The translations under genes were made by a program, and so were the position numbers. From Myxococcota bacterium (lineage in GTDB: Bacteria; Myxococcota; XYA12-FULL-58-9; JALHOP01): 47,867 nucleotides of DNA. The stretch lies in NCBI GenBank assembly GCA_041288095.1, contig JBGGMJ010000031.1:1-47867 (forward strand). Reading direction: 5' to 3'. Positions 8,732 through 17,859 of the stretch are shown piece after piece. The notes beneath the pieces were generated by a model. The model ran no database searches. It was not told the origin of the DNA and saw only the letters and a program-made list of their open reading frames with translations. Every line of letters begins with the position of its first letter. The first letter of the stretch is position 1.

Positions 8732-9169
8732 CTAGTAGCGGTAGGAGAGGCGGGCGCCGATGGAGACCTTGGCGTCGCTGTGTTGCTGTTTGCCGACGCG
8801 GACCTCCAAGGGGGCGATCTCGAGGCCCGGGGCGGGGGCGTAGCGCAGGCCGGCCACTAGGCCTCTCACGTTCATGTCGCGGGAGCGGCCGGCGCGGGCT
8901 TCGAGACTCCAGCCGTTCTCGAGGTCGGTCTTGTGGAGGGTGTAGAGGCCGTTGACGCGCGGGAGGATGGGGCTGCGCCGCACGTTGTCCAGGGGGCCGC
9001 CGGGGCGGACGACGACGTCCCGCTGCATGGCCCGCTCGGCGATGGTCTTTGGCGGCGTGGGCTCGACCAGCGGCTCCGGAAGGCGAAAGCTCACCGCCGA
9101 GGAAGCCGACCCAAGAGAGGAAGCCGATCCAAGAGGCGACGCGCGTACGTCTTCAGCGCCAAATTCCAT
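8732..9169 (-). CDS. Hypothetical protein, 145 aa, beta-rich C-terminus
   Basis: Fills the gap between the terminator and the next gene; LGSASS x2 repeat; ends IGARLSYRY. Confidence 0.6.
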   Translation of the reverse strand: MEFGAEDVRASPLGSASSLGSASSAVSFRLPEPLVEPTPPKTIAERAMQRDVVVRPGGPLDNVRRSPILPRVNGLYTLHKTDLENGWSLEARAGRSRDMNVRGLVAGLRYAPAPGLEIAPLEVRVGKQQHSDAKVSIGARLSYRY

Positions 9170-9231
9170 GGAAGGCGTTGTCGCCCCTGGAGGCAGCCCG
9201 GTTGCGGAGCGGCCCCTGTCAGCTCGTCAGG

Positions 9232-10329
9232 CTACTTGGTTTCGGCGGCGGCGTTGATGTCGTCGACGACGTTTTGAACGAGCGAGGGGACCTTGTCCGC
9301 CAAAGCGTCTTCCGTCTTGTCGACGAGGAGGCTAGCGCGGGCCGCGACCGTCGCGTCGGAGGTGCGAATGGCGCTGACGTTGACGTTGTACTTCGAGCCG
9401 AGGACGCCGAGCTCGCCGTACATCACCAGGTCGACACCGAGGGCACCACCCATCTCGGCCATGCACGAGACGTCGTTGCAGCCGAGCGCTTGCTTCTGCT
9501 TGTCGGCGGCGAGGACGGCGTCCATGTCGGAGGAGCCGACGGTTCGCAGCTTCTTCACGTTCTGCATCTGCGACAGCATGTAGTTCGAAAGCAGCTGGCA
9601 GGTCGCCTTGTCGACGCCGCGTACGGGCTTGAGCGGCATCACCAGAATGGAGGTCTGCTTGTCCAAGGCGAGGGAGCTGGTTTCGACCGTCGCTTGCTTG
9701 TTGTTGGTGAGGCTCGCGGTGGCGACCATCGTTGGCGGCTGCGTCGGCGCGATGGCTACCACCCGGCCCTTCAGGGCTTCGGCGACGCGCTTCGAGGCAC
9801 TGGCCTCGGCGATCAGCGCGCCGACGATGGTCTCTTCGTTGTCGAAGCCGATCTTGCGCGTGAGCTCCTCGACCAGGACGCCATCGCGGACGATCTCGAG
9901 CACGACCTCGCCGTCCACCTCGTTATTGCGCTTGCAATCGTGCATGACGCCGCGCACGCGCATCTCGAGGTCGAAGCCGTCGCTGCGGCGATCGGTGACC
10001 CGATAGCCGTTGGCCTCGGCGGCGTCGCGCAAAGGGTCCGCGAACGAGATGCCGCTCGCCATGCGGAAATTGCGCAGACGACACACCGCGTTCTCCGAGC
10101 GCATGCGGGCGCGCCCGTCTTCGAACAAGATGGTGATGCCGCGATCAGGGCCGCGACGCGTGTCCTTCGCCGCGACGCGCGTCTCTCTCTCCTTGGCGCC
10201 TTTGTCGGCCTTTGCGTCAGCCGGCTCTTCGGTCTGGAAGTTGTTCACCCGGTCGCGAAGGTGGACGGTCCCGCAGGCGAGGGCGAGTGGGAGAGTCAGG
10301 ACGGCTAGCACGACGCGGCATTGACGCAC
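9232..10329 (-). CDS. Lipoprotein with C-terminal CsgG/TolB-N-like (DUF2380-like) domain
   Basis: Lipobox LALAC; C-terminal QKQALGCNDVSCMAEMGGALGVDLVMYGELGVLGSKYNVNV pattern, common in Myxococcota. Confidence 0.8.
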   Translation of the reverse strand: MRQCRVVLAVLTLPLALACGTVHLRDRVNNFQTEEPADAKADKGAKERETRVAAKDTRRGPDRGITILFEDGRARMRSENAVCRLRNFRMASGISFADPLRDAAEANGYRVTDRRSDGFDLEMRVRGVMHDCKRNNEVDGEVVLEIVRDGVLVEELTRKIGFDNEETIVGALIAEASASKRVAEALKGRVVAIAPTQPPTMVATASLTNNKQATVETSSLALDKQTSILVMPLKPVRGVDKATCQLLSNYMLSQMQNVKKLRTVGSSDMDAVLAADKQKQALGCNDVSCMAEMGGALGVDLVMYGELGVLGSKYNVNVSAIRTSDATVAARASLLVDKTEDALADKVPSLVQNVVDDINAAAETK

Positions 10330-10412
10330 TCGATTGATTTAGCGAAGCTTCGGGGTGGCGTCCATTGCTTCACGTCGTTCGCGACGTAAAGTGGCGCCCT
10401 TGGGCGGTTCAC

Positions 10413-12029
10413 GTGACTGCAATCCAGCGTAACAACGCCCTTCTACAGAACACCCGTGAAGTTTCACTTCGCGGCGGCGGTTCCGGACGCGGTGCTGGTG
10501 TGGCGCGCCGCGACAAGGTGCAGCGCCGTCTGCGCTTTCCCGCGGACCCGGCCGCCGAGCTCATGCCGAGCGCCGAGTTCCTGGGGACCGAGCCCGACTT
10601 CCAAGCCATTCTCGAGGATTTTCGAGACGGCCCGCTCGACCCGTCGCGCCGCCGGATCTTGGGACGCCTGATGGGCATGTTCGCGATGGATTACCAGGGC
10701 GCGCGCTCCGAAGAGCGCCGTTTCTTGCGCCGGCTGCTCATGGGCCGCAACGCGCGCGAAGGCTACGCCGCCAATCGCGCGCTGCATCTCTGCCAGATCC
10801 CGCACGTCATCCGCCGCACCCTGTCGCTCGGCGTCGCCGAGTCGCGCTTTACCACCGGGCCGCTCTCCGGCTTCATCGGCGCGGTACAGGCGCGCAACGC
10901 CGCCATCACCTTCATGTTGCTCGGCCCCGCGGCTCGCGAGCGGGTGTGGAACGCGCTGACCCGAGCCGGCGCGCACGACAAGATCGGCCCGCTCAAGAAC
11001 GCCGATCGCTTGGTCGAGCGCGTGCTCATCCTGAAAGCGCTGGCGGCACGCCGGCACCTACTCGGCCCCTGGAGCATCGTCGGCCCGACCGCTCTCGACG
11101 AAGTGATCGCTTTCGCGGACGACATCCGCTGTAACTCGCGCTCGCATCTGGCGCTGACCACCACCCTCGAGCGTCCGAAAGATGGCGTCACCTTGCCGCT
11201 CCCGGCCAAGGTGCCGGCGGAGCCCGTGGGCCGCCTCACCGCCATGGCCCGCGCGACCATCGACCCGGTCTACGCCTGGCGCCTGCACGGAGGCGCCCAA
11301 CAGGTGGTGACCGACGAGCCCTGGAGCGCCACCGGCTCCGACGACGCATTACCCGATCTCGACCGCAGCCCGCTCCTCGACCGGACCCGCTTGCACCAAG
11401 CGCTCGCCGAGGCGCGACAGCTCGGTGACGAGCTGCTCCCCTTGGCCGCGAGCGACGCACTTGCCGCGCATCTCGGTGGCAAGGATCTCAAAGGCACGGA
11501 GGCGGCCGCCAAGGACGAGGCGCTGGGGGTGCTGCAGAACCGCGGCTTCGACGTCACGCGTTTGGAGGCGATCGAAGCCATCCGCGACGACGCCAAAGGC
11601 ATCTACCGTTATGACGCCGCGCGCGCGTTCAGCATGCTGGTCTCGCGCTTCACCGGGGCGACGTACGTACGCCGGGTCTTCAGCGATCAGCTGACCGCTG
11701 GAGCGGACCCAATCCAGCAGATCGATCGGGCGCTCGAGCAAGGGTTCGTCGTGCCGACCGTCTTGTCGGAGCTCCGCAAGACCACCGTGCGGACATTGCT
11801 GATCGTCGGAGCCCGCGGTGACGCGGCTGGTAAGCCCCAGCTCATCGTGCAGCCCATCAGCGGCGAGCTCATCGTCCTACCCGCCAAGAGCATCCTCGAG
11901 CCGGTGTTGCCCGAGCAGCTGGGCACTCGTGCACGCGCCGATGCCTACCTCGCGCCCGCGGCCCTCGATCTCCTGGCACCTCCCTTCGGCATCATCTTTT
12001 CCGAGATCGGCATCGAGGACCGTCTATGA
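10413..12029 (+). CDS. Hypothetical protein, ~538 aa (start uncertain, 10365 or 10413)
   Basis: Long ORF with host-like codon bias; ATGA overlap with the next gene. Confidence 0.8.
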   Translation: MTAIQRNNALLQNTREVSLRGGGSGRGAGVARRDKVQRRLRFPADPAAELMPSAEFLGTEPDFQAILEDFRDGPLDPSRRRILGRLMGMFAMDYQGARSEERRFLRRLLMGRNAREGYAANRALHLCQIPHVIRRTLSLGVAESRFTTGPLSGFIGAVQARNAAITFMLLGPAARERVWNALTRAGAHDKIGPLKNADRLVERVLILKALAARRHLLGPWSIVGPTALDEVIAFADDIRCNSRSHLALTTTLERPKDGVTLPLPAKVPAEPVGRLTAMARATIDPVYAWRLHGGAQQVVTDEPWSATGSDDALPDLDRSPLLDRTRLHQALAEARQLGDELLPLAASDALAAHLGGKDLKGTEAAAKDEALGVLQNRGFDVTRLEAIEAIRDDAKGIYRYDAARAFSMLVSRFTGATYVRRVFSDQLTAGADPIQQIDRALEQGFVVPTVLSELRKTTVRTLLIVGARGDAAGKPQLIVQPISGELIVLPAKSILEPVLPEQLGTRARADAYLAPAALDLLAPPFGIIFSEIGIEDRL

Positions 12030-12451
12030 GCGAGCTCGCCAAAGGCCTCCTCGACGCCAAGGGCGCGCCGCGCGACCTGGTCGCCGCAGCGCGCGCCGCC
12101 GCCACGATGTTGGTCGGTGCGGGCGTCGACCCGGCAAGCATCGATATCGTCGCCGAGCACCTAGCGCGCCTCGCCGAGCTCCTTGGCAACGAGACGCTGA
12201 CCTACCAGCAGCTCGTCGACGCCGTGTCGCACACGGCGCCACCGGAACAGCTCCTTACCACCCTCGAGCCAGCCTTCGCGCAACCCTTGGGCAAAGCAGC
12301 ACTCGCGGCGCTGGCCCTGCACCTGGTCGACATCGGCGAGATCATGGCCTTCGCGGTGTACGCGCCGGAGCTGCCGAACATATCCGCCAAAGCGGACCGT
12401 AGCGGAGGCGCGGCGCGCAGCGCCGGTGTCGCCAAGCGGTTGCGGGGCTAG
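12026..12451 (+). CDS. Hypothetical helical protein, 141 aa
   Basis: ATGA overlap with the upstream ORF; RBS GAGGA. Confidence 0.8.
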   Translation: MSELAKGLLDAKGAPRDLVAAARAAATMLVGAGVDPASIDIVAEHLARLAELLGNETLTYQQLVDAVSHTAPPEQLLTTLEPAFAQPLGKAALAALALHLVDIGEIMAFAVYAPELPNISAKADRSGGAARSAGVAKRLRG

Positions 12452-13203
12452 TACTCGACTTCGAGGAGAGTCAGGCCCCAAGGCGGCGCGGTGATGCCGG
12501 CCTTGGTGCGGTCGCGTGCTTCGAGAATGGCGCGCACGTCCTCGGGCGTGAAGCGCTTGCGGCCGACCTCGGTGAGCGTGCCCGCCAAGATGCGGCACAT
12601 GTGCCGGCAGAAGGCGTTGGCGTGGAAGGTGATGTCGACGTAGCGACCGGCGGGCGGCCGGGGCGTTTCGTCGATGGTGATGGAGAACATCTCGCGCCGC
12701 GCGTGCTCGGCGTCGCACTGGGCGCTGCGAAAGGACTCGAAGTCGCGCTCGCCGATCAAGTGCGTGGCGGCTTCGCGCATCGCGCCGATCTCGAGAGGCT
12801 GGCGGATGTGCCAGGCGCGAAACGTCTCCAGGGCGGCGGGCTGGCGCGCGTTGTAGATGCGATAGCGGTAGCGCTTGCCCTTCGAGTCGTGGCGGGCGCT
12901 GAAGTCGAGCGGCACTTCTTCGGAGAGATGAACGCTGATGTCTTCGGGCAGGTGAGCGTTCAAGGCCGGCGCGAAGCGCTCGCCCGCGATGGCGCCGTCC
13001 ACCTTGAAGCACACGACTTGGCCGGCGGCGTGGACACCCGCATCGGTGCGACCAGCGGCTTCGACGTGCGGTCGCTCGCCGGTGAGGGCGAAAAGCGCGT
13101 CACCGAGCGTGCTTTGGATGCTCGGTCCCTCCAGCTGCGCTTGCCATCCGAGATAGCGGCTGCCGTCATATTCGACGACGATCCGGATGTTGCGCTTGCT
13201 CAC
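12448..13203 (-). CDS. truA: tRNA pseudouridine(38-40) synthase
   Basis: EYDGSRYLGWQ, AGRTDAGVHA, DFESFR, TAPPWGLTL. Confidence 0.97.
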   Translation of the reverse strand: MSKRNIRIVVEYDGSRYLGWQAQLEGPSIQSTLGDALFALTGERPHVEAAGRTDAGVHAAGQVVCFKVDGAIAGERFAPALNAHLPEDISVHLSEEVPLDFSARHDSKGKRYRYRIYNARQPAALETFRAWHIRQPLEIGAMREAATHLIGERDFESFRSAQCDAEHARREMFSITIDETPRPPAGRYVDITFHANAFCRHMCRILAGTLTEVGRKRFTPEDVRAILEARDRTKAGITAPPWGLTLLEVEY

Positions 13204-15155
13204 AGAAAGTCGATGGCTAGGCCTACCAGCGCGTAGTTCTCGCTCATCTCGAGTCCGCTAGCGCGGAAGCCGCTGTAGGCCATGCTGTACTCGATGAAGA
13301 GATACGAATCGGCGATGCCGACGCCGGAGCGGCCGCTCATGGCCGCCGAGGGCTCGATCCAGTCCAAGTTCAACGCCAAGCCCACCGAGGCGTTGACGCC
13401 GGGGGTGCCGCCGCGGCCCTTGGAGCCGTCGGCCGCGACCGAGGTCTCGCCGGCGGCGCTGTTGAACCAGAGAAAGTAGTCGAAGCCCGCTTTAGCGTAC
13501 GGCACCAGCGGGATGTAGAAGCGTTCCTTGAGCAGGTCGAACTTGTAGACCACGCCGATGGTGAGCGGCAGGATGGTGAGCGAGGTCTTCTCGTTGCCGG
13601 CGATGGAGCCTTCGAGGCTGCCTCCGGCGCAGCCACTCGCATCGCCGCAGTCGCGCGTCGTGCCCGAGGCGCGCCAGTGGCCGATGCGGAGGAACAAGCC
13701 ACCAACACCGTAACGCGCCCAGGGGTACCAGCTCAGCTCGAGCTGTTTCATGAGGGGGCGGTCTTTGAAGAGCGAGTCGTCGTCGCCATAGACCGCGTCG
13801 TAGGCGGCGCGCTCGCCGGCGGTGCCGATCTGCGGGCGGAAGGGGCCGAAGCGCAACTCGAAGCCGAATTGCGGACGTTTTTCTTCGTGAGCGGTGTCGT
13901 CGCCGGTGCGGAGGATGAAGGGATCTTCGTCTTGAGCGTGGGCGGAGGAGGGGGCGAGGGCCGAGGAGCCGATAAGGCCGATGACCGATAGCCGACGGGC
14001 GATTGCCGATAGCCGATCGCCGATGACCGCTTGCCGATGACCGCTTGCCGATTTCCGACGGCCGAGGAGGGAGCGGCCGATGGCGGCAAGGGCGATCCAG
14101 AACGCCAGTAGCGAGCCCGGCACCTGTCCGCAATAACCGGTCGGCGGCTCACCCGGATAACACTCGATGAAGTCGCACTCGTTGCGCGGCGTCACCAGCT
14201 GCGACGTCGAAAACGAGCCGAGGTTGCCCGCGATGTCGCGCGCCGCGGCGCAGACCTCGAAGGTCTTGCCGTTCTCGATGCCGTCGATCGTGAAGTCAGT
14301 GGCATCGCTCGTCGACCCCTGACGCACCGATTCCGACTCGCGGTAGTCGGTCCAGGTCGCGCAGTCTTCCCCCGACGCTGTCTCGGTGCCTTCCGGGACT
14401 TCGCGATAGCGGATGATGTATTTCGCGACCTCGTCGTTGTTCGCGAGTCCGACGCGCAAACGGAAACGTCCGTCTCCGCCGGTGACACTGAACTCGTTGG
14501 GGGCGTCCGGGGTCACGGTGTCGACGAGGAAAGTCATGTAGACGATCGGATCGCCGCTCTCCAGTGCCGAGTCCGCGACGCCGCCGTTGGCGGGGCTGAT
14601 GCCGATGCACAAGCGGAAACGCTGGTTCTGGATTTCCGTGCCTTCGTCACAGGCGCCAATGGCGCTCGCAAGAGAGGCAACACTCGCGTAGGTCGTGCTC
14701 GCGAAGTCCTCGGGGAAGTCGAACGCCTGTCCGTTGACCAAGGGCGTGTTCGAGAGCAGGTCCTTGCTGTCGACGGGTGAGTCTTCGGGCTCCACGTTTT
14801 CGGCGAAGGTGCAGTCGCTCTTGGTCGCGAAAGCGTACATGCGGCTGTTGGCCCCGACCGGGGCCGCCATCGACAGCACGAAGCGAATCAACCTCTGGTC
14901 GGTGCCGTCACAGGCGCCGCGGTTGATCGGCTGACAGCGCCCGCCGTCGTAGAGCGTGCAGAAGACGCGGCCGTCGGGCCCGTTGACCCCGTTGTTCTCG
15001 TTGGGATCGTCGATGCGCACGGTCAGGCCGCCGCCCATCGTGAACTGATTCTGCGTCGACGCGTCGGTGGGGATCGCCAAGGCCACGGCGGGCCCCGCGA
15101 CAACCGCCAAGGCGGTCATGATGATTCTTTTGATTCTCACGCTGCGCAAATTCAC
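13200..15155 (-). CDS. Fused FN3/MYXO-CTERM surface protein and outer-membrane beta-barrel (resembles MXAN_2561 plus MXAN_2562 families)
   Basis: N-terminal signal peptide; FN3-like VDTVTPDAP...IDGIENGKTFEVCAAARDIAGNLG; GYCG-hydrophobic-RRK tail; then ELRFGPFRPQI...LVPYAKAGFDY...GLAIDFL barrel. Confidence 0.8.
   Translation of the reverse strand: MNLRSVRIKRIIMTALAVVAGPAVALAIPTDASTQNQFTMGGGLTVRIDDPNENNGVNGPDGRVFCTLYDGGRCQPINRGACDGTDQRLIRFVLSMAAPVGANSRMYAFATKSDCTFAENVEPEDSPVDSKDLLSNTPLVNGQAFDFPEDFASTTYASVASLASAIGACDEGTEIQNQRFRLCIGISPANGGVADSALESGDPIVYMTFLVDTVTPDAPNEFSVTGGDGRFRLRVGLANNDEVAKYIIRYREVPEGTETASGEDCATWTDYRESESVRQGSTSDATDFTIDGIENGKTFEVCAAARDIAGNLGSFSTSQLVTPRNECDFIECYPGEPPTGYCGQVPGSLLAFWIALAAIGRSLLGRRKSASGHRQAVIGDRLSAIARRLSVIGLIGSSALAPSSAHAQDEDPFILRTGDDTAHEEKRPQFGFELRFGPFRPQIGTAGERAAYDAVYGDDDSLFKDRPLMKQLELSWYPWARYGVGGLFLRIGHWRASGTTRDCGDASGCAGGSLEGSIAGNEKTSLTILPLTIGVVYKFDLLKERFYIPLVPYAKAGFDYFLWFNSAAGETSVAADGSKGRGGTPGVNASVGLALNLDWIEPSAAMSGRSGVGIADSYLFIEYSMAYSGFRASGLEMSENYALVGLAIDFL
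13976..14066. repeat. Degenerate 7-bp tandem repeat (~13 units, consensus NGCCGAT) inside a CDS
   Basis: ggccgat gaccgat agccgac gggcgat tgccgat agccgat cgccgat gaccgct tgccgat gaccgct tgccgat ttccgac ggccgag. Confidence 0.9.
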
Positions 15156-16193
15156 TCAGTTCACGGCGCGCGCCGCAAGATAGTCGCGCACCAAGATCTC
15201 CGCGATCTGCACGGCGTTCGAGGCAGCGCCTTTGCGGAGGTTGTCCGCGACGCACCAGAGCGCCAACGAATTCTTCTCCGAGGCGTCCTTGCGAATGCGA
15301 CCGACGAAGGTCGCGTCGGTGCCGTCTGCTTCCATCTGCGTCGGGTAGACGCCGTTCGCCGGGTCGTCCATCAACATCACGCCCTTCGCATCGCGCAGCA
15401 GCTCACGCGCCTTGTCGGCGGTCAGCTCGCTCTCGAACTCCACGTTCATCGACACCGCGTGCCCGTTGAACACCGGGACGCGCACGCAGGTCGCACACAC
15501 GCCAACGTTCGGCGCGTGCATGATCTTCCGCGTTTCGTTGCGCATCTTGAGCTCTTCCTTGGTGAACCCGTCGTCCGTGAAGTCGTCGATTTGGGGCAGG
15601 CAATTGAAGGCGATGCGCTTGGGGAAGACCTTATTCTCGGCCTCGCCACCCGAGAGCAGCGTCGACACCTGCGTCGACAGCTCCTCCATCGCGGCCTTCC
15701 CCTTGCCGGAGACCGCTTGGTAGGTCGAGCAGACGATCCGCTTGATGGGGACGTGCCGGTGTAGCGGAGCCAAGGCGACGACCATCTGAATGGTCGAGCA
15801 GTTCGGGTTCGCGATGATGCGGCGCTGCTTGAAGAGGGCGATGTCTTCCGGGTTCACCTCGGGCACGACGAGCGGAATTTCGGGGTCCATGCGCCAGGCC
15901 GAGCTGTTGTCGATGACGATGGCGCCTGCTTCGGCCGCCGCGGGAGCGAGAGCCTTCGAGGGTCCGCCGCCAGCGGACATGAGGACGACGTCGATGCCCT
16001 TGAAGGCCTCGGGGGTGGCGACGCGAACCGGGATCTCGCGGCCCTGGAACTCCACGGCTTCGCCGAGGCTGCGGGGGGAGGCCAGAGGGACGAGCTCGCT
16101 CAGGGGGAAACCACGCTCTTCGAGCACGGCGATCATCTCGCGACCAACAAGACCGGTCGCACCCACGACTGCTACGCGCATATTCTTCGACAT
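15156..16193 (-). CDS. asd: Aspartate-semialdehyde dehydrogenase
   Basis: GATGLVG, DNSSAWRM, ANPNCSTIQM, CVRVPVFNGH, DNLRKGAA. Confidence 0.98.
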   Translation of the reverse strand: MSKNMRVAVVGATGLVGREMIAVLEERGFPLSELVPLASPRSLGEAVEFQGREIPVRVATPEAFKGIDVVLMSAGGGPSKALAPAAAEAGAIVIDNSSAWRMDPEIPLVVPEVNPEDIALFKQRRIIANPNCSTIQMVVALAPLHRHVPIKRIVCSTYQAVSGKGKAAMEELSTQVSTLLSGGEAENKVFPKRIAFNCLPQIDDFTDDGFTKEELKMRNETRKIMHAPNVGVCATCVRVPVFNGHAVSMNVEFESELTADKARELLRDAKGVMLMDDPANGVYPTQMEADGTDATFVGRIRKDASEKNSLALWCVADNLRKGAASNAVQIAEILVRDYLAARAVN

Positions 16194-16240
16194 GGAGGCG
16201 TCACATGCGGCCGGGAAAGGCGTGTCGTCAAGTGTCCGCC

Positions 16241-16282
16241 AAAAACGAAGGCCTCCGGCAAGCCGTGGCTCGCGGGAGGCCT
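16241..16282 (-). terminator. Intrinsic terminator of the OmpA operon
   Basis: AGGCCTCC...GGAGGCCT hairpin followed on the minus strand by TCGTTTTT. Confidence 0.7.
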
Positions 16283-16305
16283 AGCGTCTTCGAACCGACG
16301 GGCCG

Positions 16306-17223
16306 TTACGGAAGGATGAACACCACTTCGACGCGGTTGTTCTTGGCGCGGCCGTCAGCCTTGGAGTTGTCCGCGATCGGGTTCTCGGCGCCGTGGCCGG
16401 ACGACTTGATGCGGGTGAACTCGAGCTTCTCGCTGTCGACCAGGAACTGCGCGACCGATTGGGCACGCGCCGCCGACAAGGTGAGGTTCGCCGCCTCGTT
16501 GCCGCGCGAGTCGGTGTAGCCGTCGACGGTGATCTGGTAGCCCGGATACTTGCGCGCGAGCTCGGCGACCGCCTTCAAGGTGCCGTGAGCCGTCGGCAAG
16601 ATCTGGGTCTTCTTGGGCTTGAAGAGATCCGCAAGCGCGATGACGACGCCACGGCTGTCCTGGCGGGCAGCGGCGAGCGGAATCGCGGAGGCGTCATCGA
16701 GCAGCGCCTTCTGCTCGGCGAGCGGCGTGAGCTGCGCGGTCGCGGCCTTTTGCTTGGCGAGCTCCGTTGCGAGCTGCGCGCGGTCGGCGGCCGACAACTG
16801 CTGTTGCTGTTGCAGCTGAGCGATGCGCTCCATGCGGGCGACGCGACCCGAGAGATCGGCGAGACGAGCGTCCTGCTCCGTCTTCGCGGCACCGGCGGTG
16901 CTGACGCGGCCCTTCGAGGCCTCGACGGCGGCGTCCGCGTCGGCGATGCGCACGTGCTCGTCGGCGGTAGCCATCGTCACGCTGGCGAGGTCGGTGTAAA
17001 ACTCGATCGTCTTGGTGTCGCCGTCGTCGTACGCCGTGTTCGCTTTAGCGTAGTAGACTTCGGCCTCTTTGTAGAGCTCGGGCGACACTGCCTGGACACG
17101 CGCCACATGGGCCGGGTCCTTCATCTTGCCGTCGAGAGCGACGAGAGCCGCCGGACGCGGAGCCGAGCCGCATGCGGCCGCGGCGACACCAGCGAGAATC
17201 ACGATACGGGAAGCACGAATCAT
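16306..17223 (-). CDS. OmpA-family lipoprotein with DUF4398-like coiled-coil N-terminus
   Basis: Lipobox AAAC; VDGYTDSRG...NLTLSAARAQSV...PIADN...GRAKNNRVEV. Confidence 0.92.
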   Translation of the reverse strand: MIRASRIVILAGVAAAACGSAPRPAALVALDGKMKDPAHVARVQAVSPELYKEAEVYYAKANTAYDDGDTKTIEFYTDLASVTMATADEHVRIADADAAVEASKGRVSTAGAAKTEQDARLADLSGRVARMERIAQLQQQQQLSAADRAQLATELAKQKAATAQLTPLAEQKALLDDASAIPLAAARQDSRGVVIALADLFKPKKTQILPTAHGTLKAVAELARKYPGYQITVDGYTDSRGNEAANLTLSAARAQSVAQFLVDSEKLEFTRIKSSGHGAENPIADNSKADGRAKNNRVEVVFILP

Positions 17224-17258
17224 TTTTTCTGAGTCCTATTTCGTAGGGTGTGAGGTTC

Positions 17259-17696
17259 TTAGAAGCCGCGGGCTTCGAGGTCTTTGGCCTTGGTCTGCAT
17301 GGCGTCGGCTTGCGCCTTGACGTCGGCAGCGGCCTTCTCGGCGGCGGAGGCACCGGCGGTGGCTTCGGCGGCGCGGGCTTCGGCCCCGACGCGCTCGACC
17401 TTGGCGCGGGCAAAGCGAGCGATGACTTGGGCGCGCTGCAAGATCAGCGCGGCCTCTTCCAGCTTCTCGCTGGCAACGAAAGCCTGACCCTGGCCAACCA
17501 GCGTCCGGACGCGCTCGACGTCGGTGGCCGCGACGTTGGTGGTGTCGGCGGTTTGCGTCTCCGCGAGGCTCGTACCGAGCTTTTCGAAGGCGCTGGTGTA
17601 GTGCGCCGCGTCGCGGTCATCGTCAGCGTATGCCGCGGCGCTGACCGCGCTTACCGCGAAAATAGCCGCCGTCATGGCGAGCTTGCGAGTCAACAT
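17259..17696 (-). CDS. Secreted Ala-rich coiled-coil protein (DUF4398-like partner of the OmpA protein)
   Basis: RBS AGGGAG; signal peptide ending AYA; co-oriented with the OmpA gene. Confidence 0.8.
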   Translation of the reverse strand: MLTRKLAMTAAIFAVSAVSAAAYADDDRDAAHYTSAFEKLGTSLAETQTADTTNVAATDVERVRTLVGQGQAFVASEKLEEAALILQRAQVIARFARAKVERVGAEARAAEATAGASAAEKAAADVKAQADAMQTKAKDLEARGF

Positions 17697-17825
17697 CGAG
17701 AACTCCCTTGGTTAATCGGGCTTTAAGGCGTTGTGGTGTTTTGGTTGCCAGGCCGCAAAGTGATCGGTCTCCGCCCGGCATGCAAGCCCTATTGGCAGAC
17801 GCATCGATCGTGGGCCGATCGATTT

Positions 17826-17853
17826 TTGACGTGTTTTGACCGCGTGCTAGACT
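17826..17853 (+). promoter_or_regulatory. Sigma-70-type promoter (leaderless architecture)
   Basis: TTGACG-N16-TAGACT with extended TG; GTG 17860 lies 6 nt after the -10. Confidence 0.6.
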
Positions 17854-17859
17854 CGCGCG

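Noticed and set aside
16306-17696. DUF4398-like plus OmpA gene pair as a novel system
   Set aside because: This pairing is a common, already described arrangement.
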